A DNA stretch of 64,000 nucleotides from Candidatus Dojkabacteria bacterium (lineage in GTDB: Bacteria; Patescibacteriota; Dojkabacteria; GCA-002793355): contig CP129470.1 in assembly GCA_030583685.1 (NCBI GenBank), positions 566,558 through 630,557 on the forward strand, written 5' to 3'. Below are positions 19,916 to 29,229 of the stretch, piece by piece. The translations under genes were made by a program, and so were the position numbers. How positions within the stretch are numbered: the stretch's first letter is position 1; every line of letters starts with the position of its first letter. The notes under the pieces are model-generated. The model was not told the DNA's origin and did not search any database. It saw only the letters and a list, made by a program, of their open reading frames with translations.

Positions 19916-20380
19916 TTATTGTGGTATTGCTTCTTCATAATTCCATTCAACAGGGTTGGTGGGCTTTCCTTCATAGCGAACGGTAAAGTTGAGACAAGAG
20001 TATCCTTTTTTGAATATTTGTCCAACTGGGAAGGTTTGGTTGTGTTGAGAAGAATCAGTAGAAAATGTTGTGCAAAGGGAATACGAGGTTTGAGAGTTTT
20101 GTTTGTAGTCGTAAGGTTTCTTCGTCTCTGGATCGATCAGTCTTTCTGAGGTTTCCATTACATCAAGGGACACAGGGAGTGTTTCGTACGTGTTGAAATA
20201 TTCTTGAATGCGATAAGAAAGATCATTTATGGCCGAAACACGCTGTTGATCAAGTCGCAAACTACGTTCCTCTCCTGGATTAATTAAAAAGATAAAAGGA
20301 ACAATGACGGCAACAAGGGTAATTGTTGCGATGAAAAAGAGAAAAAGCTTTTCTGAGACATTAGTCTTTAATAGTTGCAT
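19916..20380 (-). CDS. membrane-anchored hypothetical protein
   Basis: N-terminal TM (LFLFFIATITLVAVIVPFIFLI), then a soluble domain. Overlaps the next gene by 20 nt. Confidence 0.4.
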   Translation of the reverse strand: MQLLKTNVSEKLFLFFIATITLVAVIVPFIFLINPGEERSLRLDQQRVSAINDLSYRIQEYFNTYETLPVSLDVMETSERLIDPETKKPYDYKQNSQTSYSLCTTFSTDSSQHNQTFPVGQIFKKGYSCLNFTVRYEGKPTNPVEWNYEEAIPQ

Positions 20381-21008
20381 CTTCTTTTACTTGAATTAAG
20401 TAATATCCCGCGACAGAACCTGCCAAGATAAGTACGACAAACATTTTGAGTACGGCATTCATGGTAATCTCACCAGTTAGGACACTGTACAGTACTGTTG
20501 TGACATTGACCAATGATGTTACAAACGCAACAATTAATGTCCCGTAAATCAGTAGTTTCCGTACAACGAGACTTCTAATTTCTGGGATTTGTGCTGTTCT
20601 GCGAGTAACTCGTGTAAAAAAGAAGACAAAAAGTGGGAAAGATACCAAAATTGCCGCCACAGGTGCCGCGACCATACTGGTAAGGGATTGATAGAGACGA
20701 TAGTACTCTGTAACTGGTGCAATGTAATAGTTGATTAACGTATAAAAAACGCTTCCAACCGAAATGACCAACACATAAAGTGAAATGAAAAGAAGGATAT
20801 GCTCAAAGGCATCCCACATCCAACGACTTCCTTTTTCCTTTTCCTGTGGTATAGGGATGGGAGTGTTTCCAATTAAAGCTCGGTCTATAACGTCCTTTCG
20901 CCACCCGACTTGTAATAGATTGTCCCTGATGATGGTGTCATCAACTCCATTACGACGACAGGTAGTAATAAAAGCGTGAAGACCAACAGATGTTTGTTGT
21001 TCTGACAT
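20361..21008 (-). CDS. polytopic membrane protein with the same short N-terminal cytoplasmic domain as ORF 13968..15248
   Basis: N-terminus LHAFITTCRRNGVDDTIIRDNLLQVGWRKDVIDRAL, then about 5 TM helices. Confidence 0.5.
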   Translation of the reverse strand: MSEQQTSVGLHAFITTCRRNGVDDTIIRDNLLQVGWRKDVIDRALIGNTPIPIPQEKEKGSRWMWDAFEHILLFISLYVLVISVGSVFYTLINYYIAPVTEYYRLYQSLTSMVAAPVAAILVSFPLFVFFFTRVTRRTAQIPEIRSLVVRKLLIYGTLIVAFVTSLVNVTTVLYSVLTGEITMNAVLKMFVVLILAGSVAGYYLIQVKEDATIKD

Positions 21009-21033
21009 AGCTCATCTTATATCACTGGTGAAA

Positions 21034-21456
21034 TTACTTCAAATGAGATTTCTCAATACCCTTTCGTAACTTCCTGACTGCACGTTCAAGTTCATAGTGA
21101 GTCATTTCTGTGTCTGTAAGAAGGTGTGGTCGAGAAGTAGCTTTGCGGTTTGTACATTTTGTAAGTGTTGTTGTATCCAGTAATAAAGTTCCATCCCGCT
21201 TGTATCTAAGTTTGAATTCAAGGATGGTGTCTGGACCGAGTAACTTTTCCTCGTAGTGGGTGAGCGTTACACCCCTCGCTGAGCCCTGCTGACCAACAAC
21301 TTTTAAAATGACTCTCGACTTTGTTCTTGTTAGTCGATTCACAAAAGGAATCGCGTGTAGGAGTAAGTTTTTCTTGCTGAGGAGTAGTTGTTGTAAAGAA
21401 TCCAGTGCCTTTTCAAAATCGGATAGATTATTTCGATTGCCTCTAACTGCTTCCAT
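21034..21456 (-). CDS. hypothetical protein (140 aa)
   Basis: Clean ORF with no confident motif. A weak HEPN-like Rx6H (RKATSRPH) noted is not convincing. Confidence 0.35.
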   Translation of the reverse strand: MEAVRGNRNNLSDFEKALDSLQQLLLSKKNLLLHAIPFVNRLTRTKSRVILKVVGQQGSARGVTLTHYEEKLLGPDTILEFKLRYKRDGTLLLDTTTLTKCTNRKATSRPHLLTDTEMTHYELERAVRKLRKGIEKSHLK

Positions 21457-21525
21457 ACGAATTATACTCCATAGACATTATGCTGCGGAGTATAATTCGA
21501 AGGCTTATTTTTTGATTGTCGAGTA

Positions 21526-22101
21526 GTGCTACAATCCTATTCTATGAATCAGGATGCTGTGAAAAATAAGGACAAACGATATTCTGTTGATTGGAGGCAA
21601 ACTTCTTTTAGCTCAAGTGTTGCGTTGGCCCTGGGGGCGTTTAGACAAATAGGTGCTGAGGGAAGTGTTGTGTTGGAGAATGGTCATGATTTCTTACCTG
21701 AAACACCTACTTTTTTGAAATGGGCAATCTTGACTTGGAGAGCAATAGAACTAGAAACGCATAGTAATCCAGAGAAGTTCCCTGATGGGTTTCATTCATA
21801 TGATGTAACAGAAGAAATAATTGAAGGTGCCGGAATGAGTGTCCCCGGCGTGTTTATTGCTCGGATGTTTGACAGAGCGCTACTGACTCCAATTCTTGAA
21901 AAGACGTGTAAAGATCAATTTAAGACACAAATGATCGTCAGAGCTATAGTCTATTCTGTTTTTGCTCAAAGTGGGTACCAATTTTTAGCTCAGAATTTGG
22001 GGCCACTTATTCACCGAGCAACGGGTACAGGTGATGTAGAAATGTCATTTGAAACGTTAATACAAGTGTTTGAATATCTGAGCAAAATCGTAACGAAGTA
22101 A
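21526..22101 (+). CDS. hypothetical protein (191 aa)
   Basis: Clean ORF, unrecognised. Confidence 0.4.
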   Translation: MLQSYSMNQDAVKNKDKRYSVDWRQTSFSSSVALALGAFRQIGAEGSVVLENGHDFLPETPTFLKWAILTWRAIELETHSNPEKFPDGFHSYDVTEEIIEGAGMSVPGVFIARMFDRALLTPILEKTCKDQFKTQMIVRAIVYSVFAQSGYQFLAQNLGPLIHRATGTGDVEMSFETLIQVFEYLSKIVTK

Positions 22102-22548
22102 GGTTATTAAACTTTATAAAAAAACGATTTTTGACGGAGGTACACTATTCAGAAAATGAAGATGTAGCAAATCCTACGATTAGGTAACATCATTCATCGC
22201 TTTCTTTCTTTTTTCTGCTTCTAGTCGTAAATTGAATTTTTACCTTTCCGTCTGGAAGTGGTATTAGTTTATAAATAACTTGAGCAATTCTTCCTAGGAA
22301 CCTCTTCATTTGCTGACCTTCTGGACCAAGTTCATATCTTCGTTTCAGCGATTCTGCCAGTCTCTTTGCTGATTTTGCATCATTCGCAATGACATCTTCG
22401 ACTGGTTTCCTCGGTTGCCTGAACTCTCGTCTTCAAATTTGAATGCCATAATTTATTTATATAACACACTTGTATGAGTTTATAAACAGTGAGAAATCAT
22501 GAGCACTGTAATTACATAAAGGATTTTGAAACTGCAAAGAGTCTCAAT

Positions 22549-22624
22549 TGGGGTGGCTGATGGGATTTGAACCCACGACCACCTGTTCCACAGACAGGCG
22601 CTCTACCGCTGAGCTACAGCCACC
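22549..22624 (-). tRNA. tRNA-His (anticodon GTG), with encoded G-1 and CCA
   Basis: The reverse complement folds as a cloverleaf: acceptor GTGGCTG/CAGCCAC, D-stem GCTC/GAGC, anticodon stem CCTGT/ACAGG with loop CTGTGGA, T-loop TTCAAAT. An extra 5' G pairs with discriminator C. A TATAAT -10 lies 10 nt upstream on the minus strand (22635..22640). Confidence 0.85.
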
Positions 22625-22713
22625 ACAATAGCGAATTATACCAAGAAAAATAGGTTCCGATAAGTCCGTAGAGAAACTGGTATAATGAGTTACTGCCGAA
22701 ATGACCAAACACT

Positions 22714-23553
22714 ATGGCAGAAATTGACAAATCAGTCGAAAAATATCTTTCCTATCGTCCAGAACTTCCCTTCACTTGGCAAGAAATGCTTGAGCAAAAG
22801 AAAATTTTGAGTGTTGACGAATTGATTCACCACCTTGAATTAGCGCGAGGCTATTTGCGAAATACTCCAGGTCCACATCAAGAATCACGTAAAGACCTTG
22901 AACCTGATTGGCTTGGATGGTGGCATACATTCTTTATTAAAAATCGAAATTATCTGAAGAAAAATCGCGCACGAAAGAAGTTGAAAACACTTTCTGAGGT
23001 CGCTGTGGAGAATCAAAAAATGAACTCGAAGCAGAACATTACCGCATCATATTTTGCGAATGGGCTTGAGGGACATGCGGGTCATCGGTGGGCAATTCAG
23101 TATATTGTGACCGCGCTACAAAAGGGGTATGTCGGATTATTTCTTGATGAAAAAATTACTCCAGGAAAAGCACGTGATCAGCATTACCTCCCTTTAGAAA
23201 TGAGATTGTCGATGTGGGCGTACTTTTTTGTTGTCGCAGAGCAGCTACTTGGCGATTCGGAAGTAAGAGAACTTGATTACCTCACGGTCATTCCGGAAAA
23301 CAGATCACTTTCACCGGGAGAGTATTACGACAAAATCTTTTTTGAATCACGGGCAAAATATCATTTTGTGATGGAAGGAGACCCACATTTCTTTGAGAAA
23401 GTAGCGAGGAATAGACATGATGGGGATGGAAGTAGTGTCCCTGATGTGTTTGTATTTCCGCCGGTTGATATTGCGTCAACCACAGGTCGTGCACAATGGT
23501 TACTGAACCAAAATACTTATCGTATCAAACCTCCCCGAAGAAAAACTCTCTAA
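22714..23553 (+). CDS. hypothetical protein (279 aa)
   Basis: Clean ORF preceded by a TATAAT at 22679..22684. No motif recognised. Confidence 0.45.
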   Translation: MAEIDKSVEKYLSYRPELPFTWQEMLEQKKILSVDELIHHLELARGYLRNTPGPHQESRKDLEPDWLGWWHTFFIKNRNYLKKNRARKKLKTLSEVAVENQKMNSKQNITASYFANGLEGHAGHRWAIQYIVTALQKGYVGLFLDEKITPGKARDQHYLPLEMRLSMWAYFFVVAEQLLGDSEVRELDYLTVIPENRSLSPGEYYDKIFFESRAKYHFVMEGDPHFFEKVARNRHDGDGSSVPDVFVFPPVDIASTTGRAQWLLNQNTYRIKPPRRKTL

Positions 23554-23998
23554 CCGGTGGTTTCTCTCCCGTAAACAACGTGTCGTTCCAGAACTTGATA
23601 TAGGTTGGTGTAATGACGTAAAACCGCGCGTTGAGAATTTGTTCACGAATCTGCTTGTTTGTCAGCACTTCTCCCCACGTTGGAAAAAACGAATAATGCG
23701 TCTTCAAAAACTTGATCGCCGTAATCGGGTCGGTCAGCTTTTCACAAATCCCTTTACCTTGGACGGCAACACGATCACCGATATTGTCAGGGTTGAACCA
23801 TGAAACAGAGAACGCGACAGTTCCCTTTGCAAACACATGTTTACTATGATTCGTATCGGGAGAACTGGCAAAAAAGAGCTGATTAGTTTTCGTGAGTGAG
23901 TAATATACATTCGCAACCCATGGGTCATTGTTTTCATCAGTAGTTGCGAGAGTTAATACCTTTTGTCCTTCAAGAAAGGTGCGTAATGATTTTTCCAT
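23525..23998 (-). CDS. pyridoxamine-5'-phosphate-oxidase-like FMN-binding split-barrel protein
   Basis: KVLTLATTDENNDPWVANVYY...GTVAFSV is the characteristic N-terminal strand pattern of the PNPOx-like/general stress protein 26 family. Confidence 0.55.
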   Translation of the reverse strand: MEKSLRTFLEGQKVLTLATTDENNDPWVANVYYSLTKTNQLFFASSPDTNHSKHVFAKGTVAFSVSWFNPDNIGDRVAVQGKGICEKLTDPITAIKFLKTHYSFFPTWGEVLTNKQIREQILNARFYVITPTYIKFWNDTLFTGEKPPVREFFFGEV

Positions 23999-24061
23999 GC
24001 GTTGAGAATACCATAGTTACGTGTATCTTTAAATAGTTACCGAATAATGGTATAATTCGCG

Positions 24062-25261
24062 ATGCAACGTCTTCTCTTGAAGCTTTCCCAGCTTTCTGCA
24101 ACAAAACAGTTCTTTTTTGTCCGCACTTTCTACGATTGGGGAATCTATCTATTCGACACGTTCTATATGACCTACGTCTTCAAGGAAAGCGGAGATGTCC
24201 GCCAAGTGGTGTATAACATCTTGATTACACTGGTGACGATATTCCTTGGCTTTATTCTTGGGTCGATTTTTCTTAGTAAAGTGGGTGTTGAAAAGAACCT
24301 TCGGTTGAGTTTTTTACTTTTCATCGTGACGGGCTTAGTCGGGACCTATTTGGCAGGAATTGGGCAGGTGTCATTTCTTCTTATATCGGTCATTCGCGGA
24401 ATTGCAGAGGGGTTCTATTGGGCATCTGCTAATCTGATTGAGCTGTCTGGGCTTCCGCATGCCTCGCGTAGCAAATTTTATAGCATTTCGACAGCAGTGA
24501 ATGGGGTGTTTAGCATTGTTATTCCAATTTCCTTAGGCTACTTGCTGTTGCAAATGAATTCCTTGTTACCCTCGTTCGCCTTGTTTTCTGTTGTTTGTTT
24601 ACTTGCCGCGCTCTTTCCGTTTCGTTTTGACATTTCTGATAAAGCTCGGTTACGCAGGCACAAGTTTCGAATTATTTTAAAACATCCGAAAATCGTGTTT
24701 TTCTCGATCAACAAAATTGTCCTTGCTGCAATGTGGATGCTGAGTTGGTTATTGTGGTCAATTCTTCCATTTGTCATCCTTGGAGACGAATTTGGTATGG
24801 GAATCTTTTTGACGATTTCCTCCTTGCTTGGCGTAATCATCGCATACTTTACGCGTAGTATGACAATCGAAAAGAAAACAAAATATGCTTGGCCAATGTT
24901 TCTTCTGAGTGCCTTTGCGTACGCGCTGTTGTTGATTGATTTCTCTCCCGCAGTCTTGTATTTTCAGTCGATTTTGTTGGCATTGACAAGTTCTCTGGTG
25001 TATCCGGTAGAGCAAGATTTGGCGGTTCGTATGTCAAATGTTATTGACGCCGAAAACGAAAAGGGTGTCGAAATGAATCTGTTTAATGAAGTCCTTTATA
25101 CTTCTGCACGCTTGTTGATTGGGGCTGTTGTGTTGCTTTTTATCTTCAGTGGGGCGGACACAGAAGTTACGTTGCGGTTTATTGTTGTCGTATTTGTCTT
25201 ATTACAGATTACCAATTTCTTGCTCAGTAGACGATTCTTGCAGTTGGGCAAAGCGAGATAA
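24062..25261 (+). CDS. MFS-type transporter-like polytopic membrane protein
   Basis: 399 aa with about 12 hydrophobic helices in a 6+6 arrangement and a central basic loop (KARLRRHKFR). Confidence 0.5.
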   Translation: MQRLLLKLSQLSATKQFFFVRTFYDWGIYLFDTFYMTYVFKESGDVRQVVYNILITLVTIFLGFILGSIFLSKVGVEKNLRLSFLLFIVTGLVGTYLAGIGQVSFLLISVIRGIAEGFYWASANLIELSGLPHASRSKFYSISTAVNGVFSIVIPISLGYLLLQMNSLLPSFALFSVVCLLAALFPFRFDISDKARLRRHKFRIILKHPKIVFFSINKIVLAAMWMLSWLLWSILPFVILGDEFGMGIFLTISSLLGVIIAYFTRSMTIEKKTKYAWPMFLLSAFAYALLLIDFSPAVLYFQSILLALTSSLVYPVEQDLAVRMSNVIDAENEKGVEMNLFNEVLYTSARLLIGAVVLLFIFSGADTEVTLRFIVVVFVLLQITNFLLSRRFLQLGKAR

Positions 25262-25339
25262 TGCTTCAATTGCCTCAATCAACGAGTAAGTAATTGAAAA
25301 AAATAGTTAATCAAGGAATCCTTCAATCGCTTTATAGCT

Positions 25340-26086
25340 TTAATAAAACCCTGAATATTTCTTCCCGTCCTTCTTGTCTCGGAATGCGCTTAGACTGACT
25401 ATGTTCGATTGATCAACGGTAAAATCAAGAAAACGTGTTACCGTTTCTTCTTGAAAAGTTCCGTTGATTTCGCGACTTCTGACCTCATAGAGAATTACTT
25501 GGCAGCGTTTGGTGCCTCGTTCTTCTAGGTCGTCTCCGCGATCAATAATTGAGTTCGGCTCAAGGTTGATGGAGTAACTTTTGGTGACGTAAGTGGTGGC
25601 GGTAAGTTGGTACAACCGTGGCGTGTTGTTGTTGTCTTTCCCGAGAAGAAAATCTAATTCTTGTTGGTCTGCCGAGCTCTTCGGTAAAGAAATTAGCGAA
25701 AGAACCTTAGTGACATCCTTTTCTTTGTGAGTTTTCATAAAATCATTCGCTTTTTTTGAAATTTCGGCACGTACCGTTGTATCTCTGCAAGAAGTCGTTC
25801 TTGTTGTTGGAGTTACTCTTGGCGTCTTTGTTTGAAGAGGAGGAGTCACGGAAGGGGTAACAGATGGTGCTTCTTGCGTTCCGATAACCTGTTGTTGTGG
25901 CGAAGTTGGAGTTGGGAGAGACGTCGTGAGTGGCGTAGCAGTCGTTCCAAGTACTCCAATAACGGGCAATTGCTGGGCAGTTGCAAGCGATAGCTTGTTA
26001 CTTTCTGCCCCAGAGGCAAGTATCGCAATACCAATTATAAGACCAATCCCAAGTACTCCAAAAATGATTGCTCCATCACGTTGCAT
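25340..26086 (-). CDS. membrane-anchored hypothetical protein with Thr/Pro-rich linker
   Basis: N-terminal TM (AIIFGVLGIGLIIGIAIL), a T/P/S-rich spacer and a C-terminal globular domain. Confidence 0.45.
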   Translation of the reverse strand: MQRDGAIIFGVLGIGLIIGIAILASGAESNKLSLATAQQLPVIGVLGTTATPLTTSLPTPTSPQQQVIGTQEAPSVTPSVTPPLQTKTPRVTPTTRTTSCRDTTVRAEISKKANDFMKTHKEKDVTKVLSLISLPKSSADQQELDFLLGKDNNNTPRLYQLTATTYVTKSYSINLEPNSIIDRGDDLEERGTKRCQVILYEVRSREINGTFQEETVTRFLDFTVDQSNIVSLSAFRDKKDGKKYSGFY

Positions 26087-26166
26087 GGCGTAATTATATA
26101 CTTTTTTCTTTGACAGTGATATAGGTCATCTGATACAGTAGCGCAGTAAACTAATCATTTTATCGA

Positions 26167-27036
26167 ATGGCAAAAGCAGTAAAGGTCAGTGAAGAAAAGA
26201 AAGTTTCTAAACGAGTAGAATCAACAAACTCAGATGAATACATAACGTTGAGCCTCAAAGGATTATCGTTGCCATGGGCGATCTTACTAGGTGTAATCAT
26301 ATTTACTGCGGGCATTAGCTCAGCATTGTATTTTGGGCTCAAGTCGCAATCTGCTGCAACCCCTAACCTCCCTGGTGACAGTGTCCCAACTTTTGCTGCA
26401 AGTGAATTTTCTGAGGTATCTTTGGCGTTTAAAGATGGTCCCCGCAAGGGAAGTGAGAATGCAAAAGTAGTCATTGTCGAATTTAGCGACTTAGCCTGTC
26501 CTTACTGTCAGAAATTCCATATGGAAACATATCCAACCTTGGTTTCAGAGTATATCGAAAAGGGAAATGTCGCGTTAGTATACAAGCATTACCCCTTAGC
26601 TTTCCATAACCCTGCAGCTACTGAGGCAGCAAAAGCCTCCTATTGTGTTGAAACACTTTATAGTGACGAGAAAATGTTTGCCTTTATCGATCAATTCTTT
26701 GTAAATCTTGGAACGGTTACGCAAAATGCGAGTGGCACGGTAAACTTAGTTGATAAAGAGTTTACTGGATTGTTTACAAAAGTTGGTGTCGATGCAAATA
26801 GAATTAAGAACTGTATGAAAACTGCAGAAGCAAGTGATCGTGTAGAGCGTGATATTGCCGAGTTGACAGAATTCCAAAATGACATTGTCGCAAAAGGACT
26901 TTCCCAAGGTCTTGGAACTCCTTCTTTTGTTATCGGTACGATTAAAAATGGGAGACTTGAAGGTCGCTTAATAGAAGGAGCATATCCTCTTGTTGCTTTT
27001 CAGAATGTGATTGAGGAGCAATTAAATAAAAAATAA
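26167..27036 (+). CDS. membrane-anchored DsbA/BdbD-like thiol-disulfide oxidoreductase
   Basis: An N-terminal TM then a thioredoxin-fold domain with the active site CPYCQKFH, and a cis-Pro region consistent with DsbA. Confidence 0.75.
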   Translation: MAKAVKVSEEKKVSKRVESTNSDEYITLSLKGLSLPWAILLGVIIFTAGISSALYFGLKSQSAATPNLPGDSVPTFAASEFSEVSLAFKDGPRKGSENAKVVIVEFSDLACPYCQKFHMETYPTLVSEYIEKGNVALVYKHYPLAFHNPAATEAAKASYCVETLYSDEKMFAFIDQFFVNLGTVTQNASGTVNLVDKEFTGLFTKVGVDANRIKNCMKTAEASDRVERDIAELTEFQNDIVAKGLSQGLGTPSFVIGTIKNGRLEGRLIEGAYPLVAFQNVIEEQLNKK

Positions 27037-27043
27037 AAACGAG

Positions 27044-27517
27044 ATGAAATTGCGATTGACACAGCCAACTGTTCCGCAGTGGTTATTCGTATTAGGGATG
27101 ATTGGCATCGCTGTCTCTGTCTTCTTATGGTATTCGGCATTGTCCATTCGTGTTATTGGATGTCTCACAGGTGGCTGTGAACTTGTGCTTTCTAGTCCGT
27201 ACTCCCGAGTCTTTGGAGTTCCCATCGCTGCGTATGGCGTTGCGTATTATGCGGCATTATTGCTCATTGCTTTCTTCAGGATGTTTGATGAGTCCGTAAT
27301 TGTTCGCATGACGGGATGGGCAATTTCGTTGTCGGGAATCTTCTTTAGCGCTTATTTCTTCTATCTTGAAATATTCAAAATTAACGCAATCTGTTCGTGG
27401 TGTAAGGTTTCAACGGTTATTACTGTTATCCTTTTTGTGATGGCACTTCAGGAGATTAAGAAGTATGGCGGAATCACAGGGCTTCGCGAGCAGCTTATGT
27501 CACTTCGAGTGAAGTAA
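27044..27517 (+). CDS. vitamin K epoxide reductase (VKOR) family membrane protein, DsbB-analogous partner of DsbA
   Basis: Four to five TM helices with the loop Cys pair (CLTGGC) and the C-terminal CSWC active-site CxxC at a TM boundary, as in bacterial VKOR homologues. It sits 8 nt after the DsbA-like gene. Confidence 0.7.
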   Translation: MKLRLTQPTVPQWLFVLGMIGIAVSVFLWYSALSIRVIGCLTGGCELVLSSPYSRVFGVPIAAYGVAYYAALLLIAFFRMFDESVIVRMTGWAISLSGIFFSAYFFYLEIFKINAICSWCKVSTVITVILFVMALQEIKKYGGITGLREQLMSLRVK

Positions 27518-27985
27518 ATGATTAGTCAACAACAAGCAACCTCAGCAGTTATTGCCATTGGTTGTGTTGCGGGATATGTGCTCTGGTCACTATTGGCAAC
27601 CGGGAACTTTTTGCCGTATACACAAATGAAAGTACCAATCATGGAGAACATTTCCTTGTTCGTGATTTTGGGTTCTGTGTTACTTGGTGTCTTTGCGGTA
27701 GTTGTGTACTCCTTCGCAGTGACCATATACTCGTGGATAAGAAAACGAGCTGCAGTTGTGGAAGGAAAGACTATTTTTGGTATTTTTTTAACAGTAACTT
27801 CTGGAGCAATTATTTCTTTGTTTTTTCATCTTCTTCGTTTGATTCGTATTGAAGTCACTTTATTGAGTTGTCTGCTATTTTACGGTATAGTCGAGTATGG
27901 CAAGTTCAGGAAAAGAAGGAAACTCCAAAAATACGCTACAGCAGGTTCTCGAACAAGAACGGGCGAAAGTCCCCTCAAAGTTTGA
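27518..27985 (+). CDS. small polytopic membrane protein
   Basis: 155-aa hydrophobic ORF. Its C-terminal 89 nt overlap the next ORF in another frame. Confidence 0.35.
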   Translation: MISQQQATSAVIAIGCVAGYVLWSLLATGNFLPYTQMKVPIMENISLFVILGSVLLGVFAVVVYSFAVTIYSWIRKRAAVVEGKTIFGIFLTVTSGAIISLFFHLLRLIRIEVTLLSCLLFYGIVEYGKFRKRRKLQKYATAGSRTRTGESPLKV

Positions 27986-28526
27986 GTTCAACAAAGTACT
28001 TTTCGAATGGGAATCGAATGATCGGCCGGTATATGCATTTTCCGGTTCTCAAAAGAGTGGTATGACAGGGCTGATTGTCTTGTTTGGTCTGTATTTTTGG
28101 TGGGTCGGACAACCAATTCTTACCTTAGTCGCAGCAGCTGTTTTCTTTATTTTATTTGTTTTTGTATCATTGCCTCCACAGCGGGTGAAGCATCAAATTG
28201 AAAAAATTGGTATTCGTACCGATAAAGTGCTTTACACGTGGGATGACATGCTTTCTTTTTGGATGACAGAAAAAGACAATATCATTGTCTTGTATATTGA
28301 CACTCGTTTGAATTTTCCTGCAAGACTAGTCATGATGGTTGAGTCATATACTGAAGCAAAAAAGATTGCGGATTTACTTGTAAAACGTCTGTCATATCGT
28401 TTTCTTCGAGGTGCCCAATCGAGAACCGATAAACTCCTTGAAGGTACCTATATTGATCCCGTAGTTTTCTTCGGAGATATGATTGAGCAGGATAAGCTAC
28501 GAGAACAGCGAGATTCTGGAAGATAG
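27897..28526 (+). CDS. hypothetical protein with TM hairpin
   Basis: 209-aa ORF with a soluble N-terminus, two hydrophobic helices and a soluble C-terminus. A TAG stop lies immediately upstream in this frame. Confidence 0.35.
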   Translation: MASSGKEGNSKNTLQQVLEQERAKVPSKFEFNKVLFEWESNDRPVYAFSGSQKSGMTGLIVLFGLYFWWVGQPILTLVAAAVFFILFVFVSLPPQRVKHQIEKIGIRTDKVLYTWDDMLSFWMTEKDNIIVLYIDTRLNFPARLVMMVESYTEAKKIADLLVKRLSYRFLRGAQSRTDKLLEGTYIDPVVFFGDMIEQDKLREQRDSGR

Positions 28527-28527
28527 C

Positions 28528-29229
28528 ATGAATACTTGTAACGATTTACAAATTACCAAGTTCGAGCATGATACGGTGCTCATTCATCAGGAGAGTAGCA
28601 ATATCACCGTCGTGTTTGATCCATTTCAAGTACAAGGTGCGTTACGAACGCAAAAGCGTGCCGATGTGATTTTTATAACCCACGATCATTTTGATCATTT
28701 TTCCCCGAAAGACATCCATTCATTGACAACTCGTGAGACGATTTTCGTTTTTCCCGCATCAATCCTCGACAAACTCCAAACGTTTTTAGATGTCCCGGAA
28801 GATCGATTAGTCCCTGTAGTCCCGCTAGAAGAGTATGTGCTGACGGTGAAAGGATCACACGTGAAGGCGATGGCGGTTCCTGCCTATAATATTGACAAGA
28901 AATCACCTCAGGGAAATCTCTATCACCCAAAAGAAAAAGAGTTTGTTGGTTTTCTCATTGAATTGAATGGCACAAGTGTGTATTTTGTTGGTGATTCCGA
29001 TCCTATCCCAGAAATGGACGTATTGGTTGGAATGGTTGATGTATTAGTAATACCAGTTTCTGGATTGTATGTGATGACTGTTGAGGAGGCAATTCAGGTG
29101 ACTCAAAAATTACAGCCACGATGGGCAATGCCAGTTCATTACGGTTCTGTTGTTGGAGACGTCACGCTTGGTGAACGGTTTTTGCAAGAAATACAACAAA
29201 TTGCCCCAGATACTGAAGTTATTCTGTAA
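28528..29229 (+). CDS. metallo-beta-lactamase-fold hydrolase
   Basis: The HxHxDH motif (ITHDHFDHF) and downstream His/Asp ligands are present. I prefer the ATG at 28528, immediately after the upstream stop, over the track start at 28483. Confidence 0.65.
   Translation: MNTCNDLQITKFEHDTVLIHQESSNITVVFDPFQVQGALRTQKRADVIFITHDHFDHFSPKDIHSLTTRETIFVFPASILDKLQTFLDVPEDRLVPVVPLEEYVLTVKGSHVKAMAVPAYNIDKKSPQGNLYHPKEKEFVGFLIELNGTSVYFVGDSDPIPEMDVLVGMVDVLVIPVSGLYVMTVEEAIQVTQKLQPRWAMPVHYGSVVGDVTLGERFLQEIQQIAPDTEVIL

Noticed and set aside
21034-21456. HEPN-like Rx4-6H motif in the 140-aa ORF (possible toxin/antitoxin)
   Set aside because: The spacing is R-x6-H, outside the strict motif, and no nucleotidyltransferase partner is adjacent. 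The evidence is insufficient.
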